Source: Octopus bimaculoides
Taxonomy: Eukaryota
Assembly: GCF_001194135.2 (NCBI RefSeq)
Contig: NC_069002.1
Coordinates: 26,194,961 to 26,258,960, forward strand
DNA length: 64,000 nucleotides
Direction: 5' to 3'
Shown here: piece by piece, positions 37,942 to 51,494 of the stretch
Layout: each line of letters opens with the position of its first letter
Position numbering within the stretch: position 1 is the first letter of the stretch
Translations under genes and position numbers: made by a program
Notes under the pieces: model-generated
What the model saw: only the letters and a program-made list of their open reading frames with translations
Databases searched by the model: none
Told to the model about the DNA's origin: nothing

Positions 37942-39345
37942 TCATCATCATCATTTAATGTCCATTTTCCATGCTGGCATGGGTTGGACAGTTTGGCAGA
38001 AAACTTGTAAGCTGGGGTAGGTGTGGGCGGCTGCACCAAGTTCCAATCTGATTTGGCAAGTTTTCTATGGCTGGATGCCCTTCGTAATGCCAACCACTCC
38101 GAGAGGGTAGTAGGTGTTCTTTTTTTTTTACATGCCATTGGCATGGGTGCAATTAACATTAAATTGGCATTGCCCATGACTATAGTCTCACTTGGCTTGA
38201 CAGGTCTACACAAGCTCAGTATAGCACCAAAGGTCTCAGTTACCAGTCACTGCCTCCATGAGGCCCAACGCTTGAATGGTGCTTTTTACATGCTAAGAGC
38301 ACAGGTGCCAGTCAGACAGCACTGGCATCGGCAATGACTATGATTTTGCTTGGCTCAACAGGTCTTCACAAGCACAGCATATCTAACGTTTGTAGGGTGC
38401 TTTTAATGTGCCATTTGCACAGTACTGATATCAACCATGACTACAACCTCACTTGGTTTGACAGGTCTTCTCAAGCACAGCACATCGCCAAAGATCTTGG
38501 TTGCTTGTCATTGTCTCCGTGAGGCCCAACATTCGAAGACATTGCTTCACCACCTCATCCCATGTCTTCCTGGGTCTACCTCTTCCACAGGTTCCCTCCA
38601 CTGTTATAGTGTGACACTTCACATAACTGTCTTCACCCATGTGCATCACATGACCGTACCAGTGCAGTTGTCTCTCCTGCACATCACATCTGATGCCCCT
38701 TATGCCCAACTTCTCTCTCAAGACCCTTACACTCTGTCGTGCATGCACACTGACATTACACATCCAGTGAAGCATTCTAGCTTCATTTCTTACAACCCTA
38801 CACATTTCCTCAGTAGTCACAGGCCATTTTTCACTGCCATGGAGCATAGCTGTTCAAATACAGTCTGCCTTTCATTCTAAATGAGAGACCCTTTGTTATC
38901 AAATATAGGTAAGAGTTCTCTGAACTTTGCCCAGTCTATTCTTATTCTAGCAGCTACACTCTTGGAACATCCACACCTGCTACTGACTTGGTCACCTAGT
39001 TAACAGAAGCTATTGACTATTTCTAGTCCCCCACCCCCGGCATGTGATGGAATCTATTTTCTCTACATTTTTTATTGTACCTGTACATCTTCCACACTCA
39101 AAAACTATTTTCCCAGTTAACCTTCCTTTGATATTGCTGCACCTCTTATGTGCCCATAGCTTACACCAGGTACATTTTATGGAGTTTCTACCTATGCCTT
39201 TTCTACAGACCAAAAAGGGCTATCTACATGAAGGGATTTATAATTTGTCTGCTCTCCTACTTACTAAGACTTTGGCTTTTGCTAGGTTAACTCTAAGGCC
39301 CATCTTAGTCTACTCCTAGATCACCTGCCAGTTGGCTTGGATTAA
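37942..39345 (-). mobile_element. 5'-truncated RTE-clade LINE incl. Cys/His finger, C-terminus and 3' UTR
   Basis: CRKGIGRNSIKCTWCKLWAHKRC...CGRC; MLHGSEKW...GRGRPRKTWDEVVK; (GAT)n tail. Confidence 0.85.
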
Positions 39346-40036
39346 AGTAGCTACCAGTTATATATTGGGGTTTACTCATCTTACTGTTCTCTTATGTTTG
39401 ATCAACTGTGCATCATTAGAAGAGGTAGTGTGCATTGTGTTGATTTGTTTGGCTTTATTAAATACAACACTGAGAAGCTGATGGGGAATCTTCTGTGTGG
39501 TTATCCAGTCTGTAAGAAATAACAGCTAAATCATTTTGTCTCCAGAGATAAAAGCAGCTGATCTGATGCATCAATATCAGTAGATCAGTCATCATCATCA
39601 TCATCATCATCATTTAACAGTTGCTTTCCATGCTGTCATGGATTGGATAGTTTCACAGGAACCAACGAGCCAGAAGACTGCCAAGCTCTTATATCTGCTT
39701 TAGCATGGTTTCTATGCGAGCCATTTTACAGAATGTACTAGATACATTTTACATGGCATCTACACCAGTGAGGTCACCCAGTAACTTGCAAGACAAGAGC
39801 CTCAGCTGAGTTGGTAGTAAAAAAAAAAAAGGTAACGGTTACCATTTTGTGTCATGCCAACTCATAAAGGCCAGTTTCCCTGTTTCATGGTGTATAAATT
39901 CCCCACCTGGATGGGACACTAGTCCCCTGCAGGATTTACTCATTTTCACGTGCTGAGTTGAATGAAGCAATGTGAAATGAAGTGTTTTGCTCAAGAACAC
40001 AATGTGTCGTCCGGTCCAGGAACTGAAACTACAATC

Positions 40037-40140
40037 TTATGTAACACACTGTCTAAATACCAATCTTGAGAAATTAGGCTTCTCAAAATCAGAAAGGAAA
40101 AAGCTAATTTGAAGACTACAGATCCAATCCATCACTAGAG
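40037..40140 (+). mobile_element. Short R4-like fragment inverted relative to the main copy
   Basis: Reverse complement of about 40790-40890. Confidence 0.8.
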
Positions 40141-40517
40141 TTAGTAATAAGTATTGAGTGGGGTCGCTTTGTGATGAGAGATTAAAGTATGAATCAAAGA
40201 AAAGAAACAGGTGTCTTGCAGTAGGTGACACATGGCTACCCTACATCAATGTCTGCAGAAACTGAGGTAGAGGAGATACTGTGAGGTCTTGTGTAAAACC
40301 TGGATTAATCCCTGCTCCATTCACCTGACAACCAGTTTATGGTGTTAAACAGGGTGATGTTTTAAGTCAACCACTTAAAACATAGATATTGATGTTGTTT
40401 TGTTGTTGGTCTTGATTACCTTTAATTAATTTTGTTGTCTGGTTGATCTTGGCTTTGGATTTGCCTAACAATAAGTCTTGATCTTAATCCAGTCTTATAT
40501 CCACACATACATTCATT

Positions 40518-42925
40518 TGTATGTATGCCATTATTCAGTTTGATTTCAAGATTTCTTGCCACTAGAGAAAGAGCTGGTTTCTAACCCAGATCTAAGTCTC
40601 CTTCATTGGAATTTCAACAACACCAACAGGGAATTTTTGTTTGCTTGTATGTATGTACTTTGTATGCATGTATGTATGTATATGTGCAGATTTGTATATT
40701 TCATTTTATGTATGTCTTCTCGTGCATATAGTTGCATATCTAGACATGATAAACTTTTGGAAAGTTTTACAGATTTTTACAGTTCCAGTGATGGATTGGA
40801 TCTGTAGTCTTCAAATTAGCTTTATCTTTTTCTGATTTTGAGAAGCCTAATTTCTCAAGATTGGTATTTAGGCAGTGTGTTACATATTCCAGTGCCCCAA
40901 TAATTACAGGTATAAACTTGAACTTGTAATCTGGATACTGTAACTGCAGATTTTTCAATAGTTCAGCATAGATATTCTCTTTTTCACTGATCTTCAGCTG
41001 TATGTTAACATCCACTGGGCAGGAAAATTTCCACAACTGTGCAGTTTCTCTTCTCTATCCCAAATTATTATATCAGGTCTGTTGTGTTTAAATTTTATTG
41101 AAGTCTTCACTGGTACATTCCACCAGTAGTACTTTTTATCATGAGTGGCTATGGCTTCTACCATATTGTAGGTTCTTATTTCTTTGTCTTTGGGATTATC
41201 CTTCCGACGGATTTCATTATAGAGTGTCCTAGCTACAATATCATGTCTCATGGGTAGATAATACCGTGATGACATTTTCAGACAACTGCTTATTATGTGG
41301 GTGATATCTTTGGTGTTAACTCCACAAAGTCTCCATTAATTGTCACATTTTACTGCTTTTCTTGCACCTCTATCCCTTTTGTGCATCAGGTATTTGGTTG
41401 ATATTTCCTGTTCCTGGATTGCATATTCATGCCCTTCAAAGTGGGGCAGTTATTGGTCCATGATAAACTGCTTTGATGATCAATGTTACACTCATCTTGG
41501 AGCTTTCTACTAACATATCCATGCATAGTCTTCTGCTTATATAGGTCTCCTTTCATTGGTCAAGTCATGCAACTTCTTTGGGCATGTATTTAAGGTTATC
41601 AGACAAAGAATGTTGCTCAAGGAACTGCTTTCCAAGTCTTATGGGGTTATCAGCCTCATGTATGCAAACTTGGTCAAGGGATGCACATCGGTACTTGATG
41701 GTTAAAAGATGTTGCCAAAGGGATATGATGCGACATTCAAAGGCGTTTTGGATCAATGTTAAACCTCTGTTGCCTTGTTTTCATTTTAGGTAGAGGCAGT
41801 CTACGTTACTGTTAATGTGGAAATTATGCGTGCTTTTTTGGCGGTTTTAGCATTTTTGGGGTTTTCTCATCAATAGCTCAGATCTCATCAAGCATCCAAT
41901 CAAGCAACCCAAATGTTGGTATGAGTACTAGCACTGCAAACACATTGTGGACCACTGTTTTATTGAATGCAGAGAGTTCTGAGGTTCAAAGTTTCTTTAT
42001 TCAGCTGTAATATTCTTTAGTGACACGTGTTTTGTTACAGGTGCCATTGTAAGATATATTTTCATCCACCCCTAAATACCTGTAACATTCCTCATCAGAT
42101 GTGAAGGCGCTTGACTCAGTGGTTAGAGTGTTGAACTTATAGTTGTGAGGTTGTGAGTTCGATTCCCGGACCGGGCTGCGTGTTGTGTTCTTGAGGAAGA
42201 CACTTTATTTCACATTGTTCCAGTTCACTCAGCTGTAGAAATGAGTTGCAACATCACTGGTGCCAGCTGTATCGGCCTTTGTCTCTCCCTTGGATAACAC
42301 TGGTGGTGTGAAGAGAGGAGGCTGGTATGCATGGGCGACTGCTGGTCTTCCTTAAACAACCTTGCCTGGACTTGTGCTTGGGAGGGTTACTTTCTAGGTG
42401 CAATCCCATGGTCATTCATGACCAAAGGGGGTCTCTTCCTAATCAGATATAGGGGAAACAGTCAAATCATTGATAGAGATGTTACTAGTCTGGATTATTG
42501 TTTCCCCCCTTTTCACAACCGTATAACAACATTTGTCTTGACCAGACTCCATTCCTACATCCTTTGAGAATGCTTTTTTTTCATCTCTTGCGTATTCTTT
42601 GCATAAAGTTTTAAGTCATCCACAAAGAAACAGTGTGTAATTTTGGTATTTCTATTTCCTTGTGAACCAGTGAGATATCCTTCTGACTTCCTTAACATGA
42701 ATGACAAGGGGTTTACAGAAAGTATGAACAACATCACAGAGAGGCTGTCCCCTTGCAATATACCTTTGTGATACTGTATTCTATCAGTGATAACACAGTC
42801 ACTCTTTGTGTTTAATTTCAAGATGGTGGTCTAACATGAAGTCAGATCAGCTGTGGCTTTGACTATTCTCACTGGAACTTTAGCAAGTTGAAGGGCTTCT
42901 CGCATCCATGAGTGAGGAACAGAAT
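40518..42925 (-). mobile_element. 5'-truncated, frameshifted R4/Dong-clade non-LTR retrotransposon (RT, CCHC knuckle, restriction-like endonuclease, 3' UTR)
   Basis: SVPHSWM; GILQGDSLSVMLF..FFVDDLKLYAK; GMESGQDKC; YRYLGVDE; LCGVNTKDITHIISSC; RHDIVARTLY; HNRPDIIIWD. Confidence 0.85.
42101..42435 (+). mobile_element. SINE family C inserted in the R4-like RT
   Basis: tRNA-like head; 13-bp TSD TTCCT(C/A)ATCAGAT at 42088-42100 and 42436-42448. Confidence 0.9.
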
Positions 42926-43789
42926 ATGTATGTATGTGTGTATGTATGTATGTATGTATGTACGTATGTATGTACATTTGTATGTATGTTCAATCGTTCA
43001 TTTGTTTGTTTGTTTGTTCGTGCATCTCTTTTTTTTTTAAAATTTAGAGTAAATCTTGACCGACCTACTATTTGGTAGCAAGGTTGTGAAGGAAAGCATC
43101 TTGTGTTAACCATTATCCTTTAAATATTAAGAATGTATGTATGTAAATAAAGACTAGATTAAAATTTTTAGAGATGACAGAATGTTGTCAATTTGTTAAG
43201 CGTTCCAGCTGTGGTCATCCCGTGTGTTAGGATGTTTGATAATATATAATATAATTTTAGAAGAAACGGTAGCAAGATCATATACAAGAACATCATCTCA
43301 GAGGAATACAGAAACGAAAGCAGAAGAAGCCATAGTTTACTTACTCTAAGAAGATGAACAAATATAAAATAAAAAATAAAAGGCAAAATGAAAAAGTCTA
43401 TAGCGCTATCAACGTCAAATTGAATTGGAACTAACCAATATTTAGAATGGAAATTTAATTAACCTTGTTCGTAGATTGGAATAACAATGTAAGTTATATA
43501 AGCTATCTAGACATCTGGATATATGGATTAACAGATTATAGTCATAAGTCTGTGAGTTAGGAGCTTGGGTTTATTCCCCATCCAATGAGAGAGTAATAGG
43601 TGTGTGTTTTTTAGTTTTTGATGTTTGGTTTTGTTTTCTTTTTTTGGTAGGTTAGCAGGCTAATGGAATATATTCTCTGCAAATCTGTGCTTCATTTGCA
43701 AAGATTTTCTATCAGAAATAGTTTTTAGTTGTCATGGCGAGCAGTTCTTCCTGATGAGAATAATATCTCGGTCAACAGCTAACATGGCA

Positions 43790-44124
43790 GGAGTCTCACA
43801 CACACACACACACATACATACATGCACTGCTCACATACATATACTCGTAGAAAGCACACATATGTCCATACATGCATTACACATATACATGTACATACAC
43901 ACACTACATACACTCATACACTGCACAGATACATATGTACACATACATATGTACACATACATACACATCATACTTATACACCAGACACACAAATACACAC
44001 TACATACATATATCATACACACATAAACACACACCATATAGATACACAATATATGCATACATACATACATATGTACGTATGTACATACACACATGCATAC
44101 ATACTTCTGCACCTACATGCATGC

Positions 44125-44155
<31 letters not shown>

Positions 44156-44205
44156 CATACATACATACATACATACGTACGTACGTACGTACGTACATAC
44201 ATACA
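43790..44205. repeat. Degenerate (CA)n/(TACA)n array grading into pure TACA/TACG
   Basis: Directly visible. Confidence 0.9.
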
Positions 44206-44640
44206 TACAAACAAACAAAAATACTCTGTTGTTGATGTTGAAATTCCAAAGAAGGAACTGGGTTAGAAACCAGTTCTTTCTCTATTGGCAAGAAATCTTG
44301 AAATAAACTGAATAATGACATACATACATATGTACGTACGTATGGAGAAAGCTAATTCGAAGACTAAAGATCCAATCCATGACTGGAACTGTAAAAATCT
44401 GCAAAACTTTCCAGAAGTTTATCATTTAAATATATATGAGCATGTCTAGATATGCAATGATATGCATGAGGATACATACATAAAGCATACAAATTTGCAC
44501 ATACATACAAACAAAAACACCCTGTTGTTCTTGTTGAAATTCCAATGAAGGAGCCTTAGATCTAGGCTAGAAACCGGTTCTTTCTCTATTAGCAAGAAAT
44601 CTTGAAATAAACTGAATAATGACATACATACATACATACC
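44205..44640 (+). mobile_element. Two tandem R4/Dong-like 3' ends, each ending AATAATGA(CATA)n
   Basis: Units about 44205-44330 and 44345-44640 match the reverse complement of 40518-40830. Confidence 0.85.
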
Positions 44641-45977
44641 TACACACACACATTATGAATTTTTCAAACTGTTTATATCTAACTTCTACTTTACTTTTCT
44701 TGGAGAACATCCAAAAAGAAACATTTTCATACATTATTTGTGAAATTTGGATTAATATTTCAGGAAATATAATTTTGAATTATCAGCGAATTGGTTGAAA
44801 TCTTGTCTAATTAGGCCTAAATGAATAATTAGCCATATTTATGTCATATTTTTGAAATTGAGGTGATAATCATCTTCAGATTACACAAATTAATAGTGTT
44901 CATGGATGGCAGTTCCCTATTTCTTTGAAGTTCTTGGAAAGGAATGTTTTTTCTTTGTCAATTTTTAAAATATTCATGTAAAGCATATTTTGTTGCATGT
45001 AACAAATGGTCGATTTCGCGTGTTTTCAAACCTAGCTAAATCCAAAAGTGCCAGCCACAGGGACTTGAGTTTTGGTACATTTGTAGTAGATATAAAACTA
45101 AATAAATAAATTTTGGGACATGGCATTGTTGCAATAAAATTTTAATGGACTATTAAAAATTGCTATAAACAAATGGTGGAGTTTCGGATCAGAATGCCCA
45201 CATAAGTTGGATTTTCTCTGGGATTTTTCCAATTTTTTTCGTTACATCCTTGGAAATAATAGGAGGAAGCTTTTTATGGAAAATATTCCTGAAAATTTAT
45301 AATTTTTTTCACATGCTATGCCAAATTTCTCTTCATTACTATCATTTCTGACACAAATTAAATTATTGTGCTCCAGTGCATTGAACTAGAATGAGGGCTA
45401 TTGCTAGACAGTAAAAAAAAACAAAAACAGAACAAGTATTGTGGATATGTGGAAATATGAGGGTGATTGAAGGAATTTCACATGACATGTAAGTGTCAGA
45501 TTTTGATCAGAAGAATATGAGAAGAAAGTTCACATCCAGAACTTTCAAATGATATATAATTGTCCACAGAAACAATATATTTCAATATGAAAATGATGAA
45601 AGCACAAAGTGGGTTTTTGTATGGTCAAAGCGTCACCCCTTTTATGGTGCTCTACAGAGATACCTAATATATATATATATATATATATATGTTCCTTTGT
45701 GTGGAAGAGTGTAGGCTTGAAACTTTAAAGACTTTTTCACTTCCCGAGCGTTAAACTGATACATCTGTTTGTTGTCTACACTACCTGTCTTCGCCTTTTG
45801 TTTTTTTTTGTGAATTGTCCCTATATATATATATGTATATATACATATATGCACACACAATGGGCTTCTTTCAGATTTCTGCCTACCAAATCCACAAGCA
45901 AGGCTTTGATTAGTCAGGGGGCCATAGTAGGAGATACTTATCCANNNNNNNNNNTATATATATATATATATATATAT

Positions 45978-46205
45978 ATAGGTGAGTTGGTAGAAGCGTT
46001 AGCACACCGGGCGAAATGCTTAGCGGTATTTCGTCTGCCGTTACGTTCTGAATTCAAATTCCGCTGAGGTCGACTTTGCCTTTCATCCCTTCAGGGTCGA
46101 TTAAATAAGTACCAGTTATGCATTGGGGTCGATGTAATCGACTTGATCCCTTTGTCTGTCCTTGTTTTTCCCCTCTATGTTTAGCCCCCTGTGGGCAATA
46201 AAGAC
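45978..46205 (+). mobile_element. SINE family D
   Basis: GGTGAGTTGGTAGAAGCGTTAGCACACCGGGCG head, GAGGTCGACTTTGCCTTTCATCC core. Confidence 0.85.
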
Positions 46206-46829
46206 ATAAATATAATATGTTTATATATATTTATATAGAAATATACAAAATATATGATAATAAGAAATTAATTATAGTTCAGTTATTGGGATTTCAATCA
46301 ATAGATTTGTGGGTATTCTATTTTGGATAATGCAAAAAGAACATAACGAGTATTTATGATGGAAAACTTATGGTATTTATATGCTATTTCTTGACGTACA
46401 TATTGATTGAAATCCCAATGAGGGAACTACGTATACATACACACACACACACACATATACATATAAATCATCCCTCATTAGGCAGTTATGGTATATATCG
46501 GTTTGGTGCCAACTCTTCACCAAATATTGTTGCTTAAGTGCAATAGTCAGTATGAAACCTATGGTAGCATTCTAACCAGTTATATAACATGGACCAGTAA
46601 TATCCTGCTTGACAATATATAAATATATAACTCACTTTATTACTTATATTGAGTGTACTTTTTCTTCTGACTTATGGATGTCAAATTGTTGATTTACATA
46701 TGTATATATATATATGTGTGTGGATGTGTGTGTGTGTGTGTGGATGTGTATGTGTATATATGTGCATATAATAGAAACAAATTAACTGTATTGTAGAATT
46801 TTTATCTGTATGTATTTAAAATGTAAACC

Positions 46830-47045
46830 ATCCTTTCTTCTATTGGCACAAAGCCTGAAATTTTGGGTCCAAGAGCTTGTCGATACCATTGACCCCAGTA
46901 CTGAATTGGTATTTATTTTATCAATCCCAAAAGGATGGAATGCAAAGTCAACTCCAGCAGAGATTGAACTCAGAACATTAAGACAAACAAAACGTCACAA
47001 GCATTTTGTCCGACATGCTAACAATTCTGCCAGCTCATTGCTTTT
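46830..47045 (-). mobile_element. SINE family D, diverged
   Basis: GACCCCAGTACT..GGTATTTATTTTATCAATCCCAAAAGGATG core in reverse. Confidence 0.7.
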
Positions 47046-47302
47046 GTTAAATTGTATACAATGAAAATGAATTAATTATATTTCAGGATGTTTATCTGTA
47101 GATGGTGTGTGTGTGTGTGTGTGTGTTTGTACCCTGTGACTTTTTAGTTCAAACAAGCCATTTATCTGAATTTGCCTTCTTATTAATCTATTGGAGTTGC
47201 TTCTATGCTCTTTACTTAACAATCATTCATTGTTTTCAGTAGGAGATCGATCACCATCATAAATGTGGATATATGTGTATATGAAAGAAGCCTGTGAAAT
47301 AT

Positions 47303-48020
47303 GAAGGGCATTCAAAAAAGCATCTGACTTTATTTTTTACTGCCAAAACTAATGCCACAAGGGCAAAATCCTTTGGGTGGGCAATGATTTCACCCTTCCT
47401 GCACAGGCATGGAAGTTTTTGTACTGATAGACCTTGTCAGTTCCTGGCTGTTATGCCTTAAGTACAGAAATATAGTGTGTGCTTGTTGGATTTTTGTTTT
47501 CACACAAGATAACCAAACACATAGTACAGAGATATTACATCAAGTTTTGCCAAAACCTTGGTAGTTCTAAAGCTCAAATCTTCCTGAAGATTCAGCAGGG
47601 CTTTGATGTTGATGCCATGGACAAAACTCAGATCAAGGAGTGGTACGACCACTTCAAATATGATCAAATCTCAGTGGAGAGTGAGGCATGCTCAGGCTGA
47701 CCATCCACAGGCCAAAATGAGGGGCCGATTGAGAAGGTTTGACAAATAGTCATGGAAGATCATTGTGTAACAATCCAGGAAATTCCTCACAAAGTGGAGA
47801 TCAGCACAAGATCAGTGTGTTCCATTTAAATGGAAGATGTGTGTATGTGGAGAGTGTTGGTGAAATATGAAGTTGGATACATTTGAACGCATCTTGTAAT
47901 TCAACCTTTCCTGGACAAGCACAATGCACCATTTGTTCGACAGGCTCCCTACTCTCCTGACTTGAGACTCCTGGCTCTTCTCCAAGCTTAAAACCACACT
48001 GAAAGGACGACAGTTTGAGT
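47303..48020 (+). pseudogene. Degenerate, internally deleted mariner transposase
   Basis: QRYYIKFCQNLG..QIKEWYDHFK..SVESE..SG*PST HTH region and QAPYSPDL motif; TA-GAAGGGCATTCAAAAA 5' terminus. Confidence 0.8.
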
Positions 48021-48290
48021 CATAAGAGTCTTCTGGTTTGTCAACTTCCGTCAAACCGTTCGACCCATGCCAGCATAGAAAACAGATGTTAAACGATGAT
48101 GATGACGATGGTGATTATGTTTGTATGCGTGTAGTGATGTTTGTATGTAAATGTTACAATAATGTCATTGCTAATTTAAAGTGCATTTGAGAATGACAAT
48201 GAAACATTTTCTCATTGTCTGACTATTTACTGAGAGTAGAGTCATCTTTATTATTGGGAAGGTCAACTTGACTGAGGCTTCATGATATGT

Positions 48291-48339
<49 letters not shown>

Positions 48340-49895
48340 TAGGATATTTTATGGCTTGGTCATGTTGATTAATAAGTGCCATTCTGCTGTAAATTATTGG
48401 TGAAGTGCCATGTGGAATCACCTATCAATTGTGAAATATTCTTCAGTGATACAGTTCGTCATCTCAATTAATTGCTTCCTATACAAATGAGAATTGGCAT
48501 TATATTTCAACTGATAAAATATTACTGCTGTATATACACCATAAATAAACATATAACAATCGATTCTACATTGAAAGAATCACCAAAAATTACCCTCATT
48601 ATTCCAAGAAATAATTTTCAAAAGACTCGGGTCTAATTTCTGTTTTTTGTTTTTTTTTTCATCATCTAATTATTCATTATCAATTTTAAACGAGACTTCT
48701 TGCCTACTTCTTAATTATTCTTTAAACTTTCTTTCCATTCTTTTTTTGCTTCGTTACTTATTTCTAATTATTTTTCTTGATAGAAACACACACACACACA
48801 AAAAAAAAGTAATTAATTGCTTCAGTTTGTCTTAGTTTATTTCTTTCTGATGTTAGTGTTGTTGTTTCATTTTCTTAGATCTCAGTATTGAAGTGTAAAA
48901 TAATCAAATATATATTTATAACCACCAGACTCATTTTAAAATTAGCTGAAGATAGTGAACATTTTCTTCTTTGGAAATACAAATGTGATACATTTAGACA
49001 TTATTCTACAATTTTAAACATTTAAAATCAATGTTGGATATTTAAGTTTTCTTTTTTCCTCTCTTCTTTATGTATTTATTTCCAAATAACTCCATTTATA
49101 AATTATGTTCGTCTTTTTATTTGCTGTTGATTTTAAAAATTGGTTTGAATAGAAGCAGTTCTCCGTGATATTTTCCACCCTCTGAAATAAAAATTTTCTT
49201 TTTTACATTTGTTTGTTCTACAGTTTATTCATCCATAGTCTTGCAGTTTTCTAGAATTTTTCTATATGTTATCAATATTTCATACAAAACACCCACAGAA
49301 AAAGAAAAAAAAGTGAACAAAGGAAAACAAAAAAAAAATAGCATGAAATTTAACACTATGGTCATTCCACAGACACCATAGAAAGTTGTAGTTTCTGTAA
49401 ATGTCAGCAAATTTTTACTGGTAAAGTGTAGGAATCAAGTAAACATAACACAATGAAGGAAGACAATTTATTGCTCCGGTTTCCTTTTTGTGCTTCTGTT
49501 TAGTAGGACTGACAAAAAACATTGATCACTCATAAACTATCCGTCAATGACACTAGATTTTATTGGTTTCTTTAAAAAAGAAAAAACTACACATTTATCA
49601 TAAAACTGAAGGAAAGCAAATAAATACATCTTAACATAATAAGGCATATGCTTCAGTATCGACAAACTAAACAACACAAATCTTTCATAAATATAATTAC
49701 TGTATAATAATGTTTTACCATTATCTGAATATCAATAGTTATATTAGAATTATTGATCGGTGACGGACCACTAAACATAACGGCATTAGTTCAAATCTTT
49801 CAATAGACATTGTTATGTTTATAAGGCATTTAAAATGCAGGGTCATTAGTGTGTTGGACAGATTGTTTTATGGTAATCATTTTGACTGTCCACAC

Positions 49896-50120
49896 CAATG
49901 GTTCTTAACCATTTTTTTCCTGTGGACTCCTTTGATTACTATTTTATGGTACTGGAACTCCATAACTACTTGATATTTTTTAAAATCCCATTATACTTTT
50001 ATAATTAAATATTAGGAATTGTATAAAAAGAATTGTTAAACTATTTTATAGAAACATAACCAATTTATTGCATTTTAGTGACAAAATCTTATATGAACCC
50101 CCAAGGGCTGTGAACTACTG
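49896..50120. mobile_element. Old hAT-like MITE
   Basis: CAATGGTTCTTAACC start; internal similarity to 55667-56050; degraded ends. Confidence 0.55.
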
Positions 50121-50620
50121 GTCAGCATTGTGAATTCAGATACCTCCAGGGTCAACTTTGCCTTTCACTTGTTCAGGGGTTGGTAATATCTTACTTTTTC
50201 TTTCTTTCTGTCTGTTTTTCTCTCTTCTGGAAGAAATCAGCCGAAATCAAATCTGGAATGGGTCTGAGTGCTGCCAGAACTGAAAATACCCAAGACATAA
50301 TGTTATGGCAGCACCTCAACAACTCCATCAAGGAGTTGAGAGCACAAGACAAAGCAAAGCATTGATATGTTTCCTTAATCAAGGAACACAACTCTCACCT
50401 GATCTCACCTGATAACTTTGAATAAGCATCTATCAAAAAATGCTGTCTGATATCTGGAACTATCCTGCTGCTCCAGAGAGATTTTAAAGCTGACCATAAC
50501 CACATAGTTCTGACCTGTGTGGGAGAGACTACAGAGAGCAAGGGCCTTGTCCTTTCTTCCTAATTAAACCTTTAAAAAACAAACAGTAACACTATGCTGA
50601 CACTTACCTGTAGCACTTAC

Positions 50621-50624
50621 CTTC
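50621..50624 (-). other. Candidate micro-exon (GAAG; alternative 17-nt form 50608-50624)
   Basis: Minus: TTTGCTTTTTTTTTCCTTCTGTTACAG|GAAG|GTAAGTGCTACAG|GTAAGTG. Confidence 0.4.
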
Positions 50625-51494
50625 CTGTAACAGAAGGAAAAAAAAAGCAAACAAAACCTCTTTGATATATTCTTGCTTATTGATTTCCATAGGTCAAAAA
50701 TGGTAAGGCTCAAAACTTGTATAATGGAATGATCTGTGAATATATCATGAATCATCATCATCACATTCATTAAATGTCCACTTTCCCATGGTTGTATGGG
50801 TCAGGCTGAATGTATTGTGGTAGATTTTTCTACAGTTGGGATTTTGTTGTTGCCAACTCTCACCTGTTCCCAGGTAAAGTAATATTTCCCATGGCCTGAC
50901 ATGTTTTTCCACAGAAGAGGCTGGAAACAAACAAACACCACTTGTACAACAGTGATGTTTGTTTACAACCACCACATGATACCACAACAAGAGTAAGCAC
51001 ACACACATGTAGACACATGCACACACACACACACACATACACACACACATACACACACACACACACGCACACGCACACACACACGCACACACACGCACAC
51101 GCACGCGCACGCACACGCGCACACACACACACACACACATAAGAGGCTTCTTTTACTTTCTGTATACCAAATCCACTGAGAAGGCTTTGGTCTGTCCAGG
51201 GCTACTGTAGAAGACTGAACCTGAATCCACATGGTTGGGAAGCAAGCTCCTTAACCACAGCCATGTCTGTGTCCGAATATCATTTAATGTAAATAATTGT
51301 CTTTCCTGTAATTTATAATTCCACTTAAATTCTCTCAAAACGGAATTAAGAGTCAGAATAGTTTATGATACAAGTGATGACAGCAGTTAGTTCAAAGTTG
51401 AATACATTTAATGAAATGCGTGTTTGATCGTTAACCTTAGAATTAATTAGTCAGTTATATACCTAGTTAATCCATCTTATTGTTATACACTCAC

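Noticed and set aside
44700-45420. Possible Helentron/DNA-transposon internal remnant (also 18090-18800, 56870-57190)
   Set aside because: Wording resembles non-autonomous elements but no termini or TSD could be defined.
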